From positions 1-30,359 of the forward strand of contig JBHGNT010000374.1 in NCBI GenBank assembly GCA_043228905.1: DNA of 30,359 nucleotides, read 5' to 3'. A program made the translations under genes and the position numbers. This DNA comes from Azolla caroliniana (lineage: Eukaryota; Plantae; Polypodiophyta). This document shows, in pieces, positions 19,477 through 30,359 of this stretch (its first letter is position 1; each line of letters starts with the position of its first letter). The notes beneath the pieces are model-generated. The model was not told where the DNA came from and searched no databases. It saw only the letters and a list, made by a program, of their open reading frames with translations.

Positions 19477-22307
19477 CTCCCCCGTAATGGGCGTATACAT
19501 GGGTTATCTAAAGAATTCAGGTATATACAAGGTTTCTCGGACAGATCGATTTTGTTAGAGTCGACAAGATCCGAAGACAGAAGACCGAGCCGGTCGGGTC
19601 GGAAGAGCTAAAGATGATCCTCAGAGAACCGATGTCGGTGGTCCGAAACCATCCTATGTTGTGTGTCCGACTTTAACCGGACTGATTTTTCGTTACGCCC
19701 ATCTGGTGCCGAAGGGACCGGATACGATCCGTCGAAAGACACTTGGTCATTCCATCTACGATATTATCGATTGTGGATATCTTCTCTAGACCAATTTTCC
19801 CTGAAATGACGCAGTCCCGAACGAAGTGATATCGAACGTTGATATGCTTGGAGGCGTTGTGGTGAACCAGATTCTTTGACAAAGCAACAACACCCTGACT
19901 GTTGCTGTAGACAACTGGAGCCGAGTCGGAGTCGACTTGTCGAAACGTGTGCGCCAGGTGACCGAGCCATAAGGCTTCCTTTGTCGCGTCGGACACGGCT
20001 TCATATTCTGCTTCGGTCGTTGAGGTGGCTGTGCACTCCTGGAGTTTCGACTTCCACGAGATTGTTCCATTGCCGAATTTGAAGCAATTTCCAGTTGTTG
20101 ATTTCCGACTGTCCACACAACTGGCGAAGTTCGAGTCGGTGTAACCGACTACGCCTGAGGTTGGGTTCGGGCCAAACAGGATGCCGTGGTCTTTTGTGCC
20201 AGCTAGATATTTAAACACATGCTTGACTGCGTTCCAGTGCAATCGGCCTGGGTTGTGCATGAATCTGCTGACGACTCCTACGACGTGAGAAATATCAGGC
20301 TGTGTCGCGACCATCGCGTACATAAGGGGGCCGACTGCCGGTGCATATGGTACCGACTTCATATCTTCCCCCTCCAGACCGGATGTTGGGCAGTCTTGCT
20401 GAGAAAGCCGAAGGTTAATGTGAAGCGGGGTCGAAGCAGACTTGGCCGAGTGCATGTTGAAGCGTTCCAAGACACGTCCGATGTAATCGGTTTGAGACAA
20501 GAAAAGTTGTCGTTTATCGCGATGCCGACTAATCTTCATACCGAGTATGTGTCTTGTCGGACCGAGGTCCTTCATGGCAAACTTCAACCGCAGTTTCCGA
20601 ACGAGTTCAGTGAGCTCTTCGGCATGTCGGCTGGAGAGGAGCCTGTTGTCCATGTAAATGATGAGGAAGACGGGAGACCCGTCTTGAGCTGTTTTGGTGA
20701 AGAGACAGTGGTCCTCATTGCTCTTGGAGAAGCCGACCGACTGGATGAAGTCGTTGAACTTCTTGTACCACTGTCGGGGTGCTTGTTTCAGGCCGTAGAG
20801 ACTCTTCCTGAGTCGGCAGACTAGATGTTCCTAGCCGGATGCCACAAAGCCTTTCGGCTGCTCCATATAGATTTCCTCCTGTAGGTCACCATGGAGGAAT
20901 GTCATTTTTACATCTAGTTGAATCAGAACATGAAACGAAGGGTTGTTATTTTCACCATTGGTGAAAAGATTTCGTTGAAGTCGACACCATATTCTTGTCA
21001 AAATCTCTTCGAAACTAATCTGGCCTTGTACTTTGGGGTGGTCGAGTCGGACGTCTCTTTTAGTTGATAGACCCACTTATACGGAAGAGCATGTCGATTC
21101 TTCGGTAATTCGACCAAGTCCCAAGTCTTGTTTGCGCAAATGGAGTGCATTTTCGACTCCATCGCCAGATGCCAGGTGGTTGAGTCAGCGGATGCCGATG
21201 CTTCTTCGTAAGACGTGGGTTCACCGGCGTCGGTGAAGAAGATTCCCGGCGAGGTATGACTGGACTAGTCGCACCGGGTGTCGACGTCGGATGGTCGGAA
21301 GCCGAGCCACTCGGCTGTGCTGAATCGGTGGATTTAGTGCGGGAGGTGTCGGTTACCTGTGAAACCGATCTCGTGTTGTGGGCTGGGCCTTCATGAAGGG
21401 TTGACACTTCGGAAAATATTACCCTTCGAACTTCAATAGGCCTTTCGACCGTTTTATGCATAGCCGAACTTCAGACGATTTGTCTGTGCTTAGGGTCCTA
21501 GAGTCGATATCTGATCTCGCCGTCGGGTCCATACCCAAGGAAAACGGATTTCCTTGATCTTAGTTTGAGTTTCCGGCGATCTTCTTTCGGTATGAGGGCG
21601 TATGCCTCGCAACCGACGATCCTCAACTTGTCATAATTCGGCTTACTGCCGGTCCATATTTCCTGAGGTATTTGAAGTCCTCGAGGTTTACTTGGCGACA
21701 TATTTATTATGTGTACTGCTGTAAGTAGAGCCTCCGCCCAAAAGCCATCCGACAGTCCGGAGTGTTGGAGCATGGATACTGCGTGTTCTTGAATCGTCCG
21801 ATTCATGCATTCTGCAATTCCGTTCTACTCCAGACTATAAGGGACTGTGTATTCACGTCGGATGCCACGTTCCCAGCAAAATTTGACGAATTCTTCAGAC
21901 TTGAATTCTCCTACGTTGTTGGTTCGGAGACATTTCAGTTTCCGACCATTGCAATCCATTCGGAGAAGATCGAGAACACCCGATCTTTGGTTCTAATGGG
22001 GTAAGCCCACACCTTCCGAGTCGAGTCGTCGATGAAACTAACGAAGTCCGAAGCACCACTGAGAGATTGATGTGGCATCGGGCGGTAGATGTCCGAGTGG
22101 ACCAAATCGAGGGGATTCGATTCTCTTGGTGCTGATGTAGGGTGAGATGCGGCTACCTGTTTGCCGTACTAGCAATGCTCGCATAATTGGTGATCCGAGA
22201 AGGAGAGCTTGGGGATGTAACCGGCTCTGGATAGGTGCGTTATGCCGGCCTTGCTGAGGTGTCCAAGTCGTCCGTGCCATAACGATGACACGGGGATATC
22301 AACTAGA

Positions 22308-23033
22308 TGTCAGGAACTACACGCTCCTGATGAACAACGCTCGGCCATAACCGAGTCCAAAATCAAACACAGAAAATGGGTAATGAAACGCACGACACAA
22401 AGGAGAGAAGAGTACACAGGATGTTTAACGTGGAAAACCCTGAGAGGGAAAAATCACATGAGTCCACAAACTCCAAACTATCACTATATCATAGTGAGCT
22501 CACGGAGGCAACGACCTCGTGCTCATGATCTTCGCCACAGGCGGCGGTTACAACAGAGGCAACAACCTCTTCCTCTCTCTCTCTCTCTCTCTCTCTCTGT
22601 ACACTGTTGCGCGCTCTCTAGTCTTGCACCAACAAGAATGACAACAACCCTCACTAAGTTTGCCCTAAGTCATATTTATAGTAATATGACTTTTCGGCTA
22701 TTTACAAATATAGCCCCGATGGACTCTCAGAAACATATTTACGAATATGTCCCTTCATCCGGCGAGCACTCCTCACCAGGCTTGCATCATCCGGCTCTTG
22801 CCGGGCACTTGTCATCCGGTTCTCACCGGGTCTTCACCATCCGGCTCTTGCCGGGTACTTCTCATCCGGTTCTCACCGGGTCTTCACCATCCGGCTCTTG
22901 CTGGGTACTCGTCATCTTGTTCTCACCGGGTCTTCCGTTGCCGGGTACTCCACATCCGGTTTCGGCCTCAGCCGAGTTTGCTCATCAGTACTGTTCTTCT
23001 CACTTCCCATCCGGAGGGACCTGTTTCCTAACA
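22308..23033 (-). repeat. Copia-B 3' LTR (726 bp) with (CT)n and a 50-bp CCGG-rich tandem repeat at about 22788-22937
   Basis: Inverted ends tgtcaggaa...ttcctaaca; the last about 90 bp match 25367-25469; catccggctcttg recurs at 22788, 22838 and 22888. Confidence 0.9.
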
Positions 23034-25469
23034 AACTCCCCCTTCACTCTGGCATGGGATGTCTTACTAGTTCGATCCGCTTCCGGCATGCATCCAGCTT
23101 GTCGGGTATCAACACTTTGGTCAGCATATCTAACCCGTTCTCGGCCGTGTGGATCTTCGTCAACGCGAACTCCTGGTCATCTACTCTTTCCCGGATCCAG
23201 TGATACCTTCGCTGGATATGCTTCGTCTGGGAATGGTAGGCTGCATTCTTAGCAAGGTGGATGGCACTTTGACTATCGCAATAGAGCTGGTATTCATCTT
23301 GCCAGATACCGAGCTCTCCGATGAAGTCCTTCATCCATAATATTTCCTTGCCGACTTCCACAGCCGCAATGTACTCTGCCTCCGTGGTTGATAACGCAAC
23401 CGTCTTTTGCAGCCTCGACTGCCACGAAACAGCTCCCCTTGCATATGTCATTACATACCCGGATGTAGACCGGCTGGTATCCACATCAGCTGACATGTCC
23501 GAATTGGTAAAACCGTCAAGTTGAGGTTTACCGGAGCCGAATTGGAGACACATATTTGAAGTGCCCTTCATGTACCGAAGTATCCATTTGACCGCGTTCC
23601 AGTGCTCCTTGCCGGGATTGCTCATAAACTGGCTCACCACTCCGACTGCGTGTCCTATATCCGGTCGGGTACACACCATTGCGTACATCAAGCTCCCGAC
23701 GGCAGAGGCATATGGAACCTTCATCATATCAGCCTTCTCTGCTTTCGTATTCGGGATTTGCTTACCGGATCACTTGCAGTTTGCCGGAAGTGTCGATCCG
23801 ACCGGTTTCGCATCTGACATGTTGAACCGCTGAAGCACCTTTGTCATGTACTTCTCTTGTGACAGCCACAATTGCTTCATTGACCGGTTCCGGATAATAT
23901 GCATCCCCAACATCTGTCTTGCCAGACCCAAATCTTTCATTGAGAAGGTCCGGTTGAGAGCCTTCTTCAGCATCTGTATTTTGGCTTGGTCCCGTCCGAC
24001 GATCAACATGTCATCCACGTACAGAAGGAGTATCAGGAAGTCGCCTCCTTCGAACTTCTTCACAAACACGCAATGATCGGTCTGCATCTTGTGGTACCCT
24101 TGATCGGTCATGAAGGAGTCGAACTTCCGGTACCATTGTCGGGGAGCCTGCTTCAGTCCATACAAGCTCTTCTTCAACCGGCATACCAGGTGCTCCTTCC
24201 CTTTCTCCACGAATCCTTCCGGTTGCTGCATGTAGATCTCCTCTTCGAGGTCGCCATGAAGGAATGTCGTCTTCACGTCCAACTGCTCTACCTCGAGGTC
24301 CATGCTTGCCGCTATACTCAGCACCGTCTAGATGGAGGTCATCTTTACTACCGGGGAAAATATCTCGTCGAAGTCCACGCCCTTCTTCTGTTGGAACCCC
24401 TTCACCACGATCCTGGCTTTGTATCTCGGGGGGTTGCCGGCATCTCCCGGTTTCAACTTGTACACCCACTTGTTTCGGAGTGCCCGCTTTCCTTTTGGCA
24501 ACTCCACCAATTCGTACGTATGGTTATCATGTAGGGAATCCATCTCATCCTGCATGGCACTTAACCATTTGCGGCTATGGGCGTCACTTTTAGCTTCCTC
24601 GAAGCTTTCTGGTTCCCCCTCATCGGTCAACAGTACATGCTCTGCATCCGGAAATCTCTGGGGGGCCCTTCTCTCTCTGAAAGGATATCTCCGTCTTTGG
24701 GTTTCGGTAACCGGCTCCTCCATTTGCTCTTCATCCGAATCCGATTCGGGGTCTTGGCCGGTTCCGGTTTCAGCTTCCTCTACTTCTTCTTTTGTCGGTT
24801 CGGTATCCTCACCGTAACCGGCTGGTTCCTCGAGTGTTAACCGGTCTCTTGCCGGTTGGGTCTTCTCATCGTAGAATCGATCCTTACCGGTCGACTCGGA
24901 GTTCATTATCTTCTTCTCTGACTCCCAGTCGGCGAGTGTCTTGTCCTCCATGAAGATAATATCTCGACTCCGGAATACCTTCTTGTCGACCAGGTCCCAC
25001 ACTTGGTAGCCAAACTCATCGTCGCCGTAACCGAGGAATATGCATGGTCGGGTCTTCGGATCTAGTTTTCCTCTCCGGTCCTTAGCTACATGCACATACG
25101 CAAGACACCTGAATACCTTCAGATGCCGGTAGGATACTTCCTTACCGGTCCATACTCTCTGTGGCGTGTCTCCGTCCAAGGGTACCGAGGGTGATCTTTT
25201 TATCACATATATCGCCGTCAACAGTGCCTCAGCCCAAAACTTCTTGGGTAGATTTGCATGCGCCGGCATACTCCGGACCCTCTTCATTATGGTCAGGTTC
25301 ATCCTCTCGGCCAGCCCGTTTAGTTCCGGCGTCTTAGGCACGGTAAATTCGAGCCGGATTCCCTTCGTACTCCACATCCGGTTTTGGCCTCCGCCTATCG
25401 GCCTCGGCCGAGTTTGCTCATAAGTACTTTTCTTCTCACTTCCCATCCGGAGGGACCTGTTTCCTAACA
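22308..25469 (-). mobile_element. Ty1/Copia element B, internally deleted, nested in Copia-A
   Basis: Perfect TSD CTAGA (22303-22307, 25470-25474). Full 3' LTR 22308-23033 with PPT. Only about 103 bp of the 5' LTR (25367-25469) remains, fused to mid-integrase (GIRLEFTVPKTPELNGLAERMN). RT (WVYKLK, YKARIVVKGF, LYVDDML) and RH (DMLTKVL) extend to 23044. Confidence 0.93.
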
Positions 25470-27367
25470 CTAGAAATAAGTCACCCTCTTTGAGCGTGAC
25501 ATATAAAGGGTACAAAGAGTGTACCTTTGGTCCTCGAGCAAGTAGGAGGTTCCCTTTGTGGAGTGTCCACCCTCCTGATGAGAACCCGACATGGATGTTG
25601 GCTTCGTCAAGTTGTCCGATTGAGATCAAGGGTCTTGAAAGCTCAGGAACATGTCAGACGTTGTGTAGTACGAGTATAGAGCCCCCCGGAAAGTTGAGCT
25701 GTACAGTGTTGATTCCGATTATATAGCACAGTGCTGCGAGTTTCCGACTCGAACTGAGTCGGAGTCTCGGTTCGAGTATTGCCAAAACTGAGATCGGTGA
25801 GGTGTCACATGATACAACGCGCCCGAGTCTAGGAGCCATGTGCTCGATTCCTCAGTCGTAAGCAGAACTTCTGATTCGATTGGGTTCTCTATGGACAATA
25901 TGTTCGGGTCGGTCGTCAAAATTTCGGCTGAAGAGCCGACGTAGTTGACCTCCTCATGCCGGCTACACTTCTGATCCGCTCTCTGAGCTTTGTCGGTTTT
26001 TGCTTTGAGTGCCCGACAGTCAGCTTTGATGTGTCCCGGTTTCTTGCAGTAATTGCAGATTCGGTTGTCCCGGGACTTGCTCCGGCTTCGCTGATTGTTC
26101 GGCACTCGAGAAGAACTTCTTCCCCGGTTGTTCGATCAGTTGGGCAAACCTTGTACTACGTAAGCTTCATCTGCCGAGTCTTTGGCGAAAGACTTTCTCC
26201 GAGTTGCTTCAGTCAGTATTACGCTCGTGACTTCAGAGTACTTAACGATAGTTGTTGAAGCATTGCACACGGTTGTAACGAAAGTTTCCCATGAAGAGGG
26301 GAGACTACTCATGAGTATCATTGCTCTGAGTTCATCCTCGATTGCCGTCCCCTAAGACGAGATTTGGGAGCTTATGCTTTTGTACTCGTTGAGGTGTGCC
26401 TGAACCGAATCGGATTTTTTCATCCGCAAGTTGTAGAGGTGCTGGATTAGATACATCTTCGTTGCGGTGACCTTCTTTTCATAAGTTTCCGATAGTGTTT
26501 TCCAAAGTTCAAAAGCTGTCGTGCATGTTTGCACTGTGAAGTACACTGACTCCGATAAGTGCATTCGAATCGTGGTGTGGACGATTCTGTCCAGCTTTAG
26601 CCATTCGTTTGCCTTGTATGCTTCTGGAGAATTTTCATTCTCAATTGGGTCTATTTGACCCTTGACTATGAGATAGTCTTGCATTTGTTCCTTCCAGAAG
26701 TTGAAGTTCGAACCATCGAACTTCCTTAGACTCATCTTCGATGAGCCGGATGTTGATGCCATCTGCTTCGGTTTCGGTTGGTAAGACTCAGTTCGGAGTT
26801 GACTACGAACCTTAGTGGGGTGCAGCCGATCGGCTCACCCAATTTCGTTCTAGTCAGTTTTGAACCCGAGTCAGTTTGGTTTCGGATACTTGTTGCTGAA
26901 CTTGCTCCGAGTGACTTCGGTAACTTGAGGGACAGAACCAGCTGGTCTTCCCGAATGTTGTCGAGTTGGAGTGAGCTCGGTTAGCTTCCGATTGTATGTT
27001 GAATACCGATTGCGAGAAACCGATTGTTTAGGCCGATTCTGCTTCGGATGACTATAGCGATGAGAGGGACAGATCCAACTGATCCTCTCGAATGTCAATC
27101 AGCCAAGTGAAGCACGAAGTGGTTGTTGCCAGGAGACCAATCTGAAGCAGGTGGTTACAACAAGCGGGTGAATAGCGTCCAATGACCTATTCGGATGTCG
27201 TTTAACTGAATGAAGCACGATTGGGTCGGGTGTTGCACAGGGAGCTTGCCTTAACTGGTTACAATCACAGGAACAGAGTACAACCGGCTAGCTTACTCCA
27301 ATTTGCGATTTAACACAGTGAGACGGCCGGTAGCGGGTTGAAGAACCTCCAACGCTCTCATACCAAA

Positions 27368-27458
27368 TGTTGGGAAACAAGGTCGTCAATGCGGAAGTGC
27401 AAGCAACATTCATGATGAAGAAGAACTTGTCTTGTGTATGCGCATGAGCAAGATAGAC

Positions 27459-27508
<50 letters not shown>

Positions 27509-27690
27509 GCACATAGAAGACGTTTTATTTCTTAGCAACAGTTACAACAACGACCACCAACAACAAGCAACTAAAGGTTACAAAGTCACTTTATATAGTG
27601 ACTGTCCTAGGGCAACTGCCTTTTATGCTATTTACAGAAATAGCCCAAAGGGACAATGTGAATACGGCCATTATACACTCGTATTTGACA
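27368..27690 (-). repeat. Copia-A 5' LTR (323 bp, contains a longer (AG)n)
   Basis: tgttgggaaac...tatttgaca; PBS adjacent; roughly 15-17 substitutions plus indels versus the 3' LTR by eye. Confidence 0.95.
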
Positions 27691-30359
27691 GATCCGACAG
27701 TTCGAAAGTCCATGGATATCAGACATGCCTTCACGGATGAGACCCGGGAAAAAACTTTGGATTGGTGGAGGTGGTTTCCTCTTACAAAAAGAAGAAGAAC
27801 GGTTTCGTGAGATGTTGGAACAACATGGAAAAGCATTTGCATTCACATCGAAGGAGATAGGGTACGTTGATCCAAAGATAATGGAGCCGATGGTGATCTT
27901 CACAATTGATCATGTGCCGTGGAACCTGAAACCGATTCCGGTGCCATGGGCGCATATTCTGAAAGTCATCGACTTGCTCAAGGAGAAGGTGGCAATGGGG
28001 ATTCTAGAGCCATCAAACGCTCCATACTCAAATCGATGGTTTACGGTTCCGAAGAAGAATGGGTCACTCCGGTTTATTCAAGACTTGCAACCGGTGAACA
28101 ACGTCATGATCCGGAACTCCGGAGTTGGTTCGATAGTGGACGAATTTGTGGAAGCATTTTCCGGACGCGCGATATACTCCATCGGAGACCTATACACCGG
28201 GTATGACCAATTCCAACTAGCTGTGGAGAGCCGAGACATCACTACCATGCGAACACCGATAGGATTAGTCCGTATGTGCACACTACCACAAGGCGCAACG
28301 AACTCGGTCGCACATATGATGAATGCAATGAACAAGGTGCTTCGAGACTGCATTCTGGAGATAATGATGCCATTCCTAGATGACATTCCGATGAAAGGAT
28401 GTGCGGTGGAAGAAAAAGATGAGACTATGGATGATCGGGGATGCCGACAGTTCGTAGTCGACCATATTCGCGATTGTGAGAAAGTGCTACGAAAGTTAGA
28501 AGATGTGCACCTAACACTTTCTGGAGAGAAATCGGCATTCGGACAAGAAGAAATATTGGTAGTCGGACATCTATGTGGGCCCTACGGCCAAAGACCGTCA
28601 CCAATCAAGATCGATGCGATTCAAGCTATGAAAGAAGTATGAGAGTCACAATCCGAAGTCTGAAGGTTTCTTGGAGCATGTGCATTCTATCACATATGGA
28701 TTCCGCACTATGCACATATTGCAGACCCACTCTATCACTTGTTGCGGAAGGGTAAGAAGTTCAAAGGGAGACCGGAACATACCAAAGCCATGAGGAAGCT
28801 TAAGAAAACACTACGGAGTGCGGAATCACTTAAGAAGCCGAGCTATGACCGACCAATCATAGTAACGGTTGACAGAAGTCTAATCGGAATCGGATGGGTC
28901 ATCAATCAAGCCGACTCGGATGGTTCGTGATATCCGATCCGAATTTGGAGCAAAGGTTCTCAACGAAAGGCAATGCGGGTATGCACAAGTCAAAAGAGAA
29001 TTATGGGGAGTCGTGTCGGCAATCAAATTGGATCGAGATTATTTAATCGGAGCTGAAGTAGTGATCGAAACAGATTGTCTTCTGATACTCGGGATGATGC
29101 GGTGTTGCACTATACTGGAGGTGGCTATGCTAAGGTGGATTGCATATGTTAAGTCACTTAATCCGGAGGTACGACACATCTCCGGAAAAGACAATGCAGT
29201 AGCAGATATGCTATCAAGGGCACGGTTCGGAGACGACATAACCGAATCCGATAATGAAGAAGTTTTGGAAGACTACTTTGCTTCGGAGCACATATGTCGG
29301 GTGAACGTAATCCGAGAATTCTGGGAAGAAGAATACGAGGGAGAAAGCTTGCTGATTGGGAAAGTGTTACAAGAAATTGAGGAATCATCGGACAATAACG
29401 AGAAGAGAGCCAAGATCCGAAGTTAGAAGCAGCCGAAAGTTCTTCTTGAAAAATAGATAAATATGGAGGGAGCCGAAAAGACCGGATGGCATACCACTTC
29501 GAGTAGTCGAGACAAAAGAGCAACGAAACCAGATAATGTCCGAATTTCACGAATCCGATTGGGTTGGACATCGGGGAACATGGGCAACATTTGTGAAGAT
29601 CAAGCAAAGATATTGGTGGAAGAATATGTACAAAGATGTCGCGGAGTTCACGGAAAGCTGCGAGAAATGCCAAGTCTACTCCGGGGTTCCACACCGAGAT
29701 GAGTTACATCCGACATTCTCACTGACAATCAACTTCAAATGGATGGTCGACATTGTAGCCATGCCAACCGGGATCGAACAAAAGAAGTACTTGGTGTTAG
29801 CTCGGGAAGATCTCACAAACCAAGCAGAAGGTTGAGCGCTATGGAGGAAAACGTGTTCTGCAGTATGCCAATTTCTTTTGGAAGAAGTGTTTTGTAGGTA
29901 CGGGTGCGTAGGACAAGTGATTGCGGATCGGGGAGAACTCGACTCTGATAAAGCTAGGGAATTCTTCACCAAACATGGAATTCGGTTAACATTAACAACG
30001 ACATACAATCCAGAAGCCAACGGGAAGATCAAACGAGGACATAGTCCAATCGTCAAAGCACTTGCAAAAGCATGCAACAGAAGGGTGAAGGATTGGCCGC
30101 AGATGCTCCCGTATGCACTATGGGCGGATCGTACGACGCATAGTTCCGTGACTGGTTTTATGCCGGCCGAACTCATGACCGGACAAGCACTGGTAATGCA
30201 GACGGAAACCGCAATTGAGACATGAACAATGCTGCCGTGGAAGGAAGAGATGAGCCGGGAAGAACTACTAACGGTCCGGATACGACAACTGGAGGGAGAC
30301 CGGAAGACATAACGGAAGCAACATGCCGACAATAGGAAGCGCGGTTCCGGAACAAAAGC
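27691..30359 (+). pseudogene. Gypsy pol: RT, RNase H and integrase, degenerate
   Basis: RT: WFTVPKKNGSLRFIQDLQPVN, GDLYTGYDQ, LPQGATNS, FLDD. RH: VTVDRS, KRELWGV, ETDC, GKDNAVADMLSR. INT: H..GHRG..CEKCQ, WMVD, ADRGE, YNPEANG. Confidence 0.93.

Larger units (their letters stand above)
19169..27690 (-). mobile_element. Ty1/Copia element A, structurally complete but degenerate, nested in Gypsy pol
   Basis: Paired LTRs; TSD catcc (19164-19168) / gatcc (27691-27695). PBS-Met-like tggtatgagagc (27365-27354); PPT gggggag (19483-19477). gag from 26762 (FDGSNFNFWK, CNYCKKPGHIKADC), PR WLLDSGA, INT LWHGRLGH..HSD, RT LKQAPRQW, RH DGMTKCL ending at 19673. Confidence 0.95.
15736..30359 (+). mobile_element. 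Ty3/Gypsy LTR retrotransposon, degenerate, split by Copia-A; runs off the window end
   Basis: Order is LTR, PBS, gag, PR, RT, RH, INT. Multiple stops and frameshifts; 3' LTR not present in the window. Confidence 0.93.

Noticed and set aside
22242-23252. 336-aa plus-strand ORF
   Set aside because: It runs antisense across Copia-A integrase, the Copia-B LTR repeats and RNase H; low-complexity translation with no domain.
29158-30332. Long minus-strand ORFs (178 and 218 aa)
   Set aside because: These are antisense shadows of the Gypsy RNase H and integrase coding sequence.

Overview
Eukaryotic, land-plant genomic DNA; the TE families suggest a seed-free plant such as a fern (inference). The left third holds one intact six-exon minus-strand gene, UTP6 (U3 snoRNA-associated protein 6; CDS 9945 to 2319, 1953 nt, 650 aa, all introns GT-AG). 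It has a telo-box/site II promoter, antisense LINE relics in introns 1 and 3, and local duplications including a dead copy of half of exon 3. From about 10.2 kb onward the window is a transposon nest. A probable Mutator-like DNA element is marked by a 27-copy array of a quasi-palindromic 12-bp motif (13223-14118) and a spliced Ulp1-type protease pseudogene. A 5'-truncated L1 LINE lies in the same stretch. The protease gene is cut by a solo LTR (4-bp TSD ACGT) and by a Ty3/Gypsy element with a tRNA-Trp PBS, a tRNA-like segment in its LTR and a candidate GGAUUUU -1 frameshift between protease and RT. The Gypsy element is split by Copia-A (19169-27690), which is itself split by an internally deleted Copia-B (22308-25469). 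All TE reading frames are degenerate, and the Gypsy 3' end lies outside the window.
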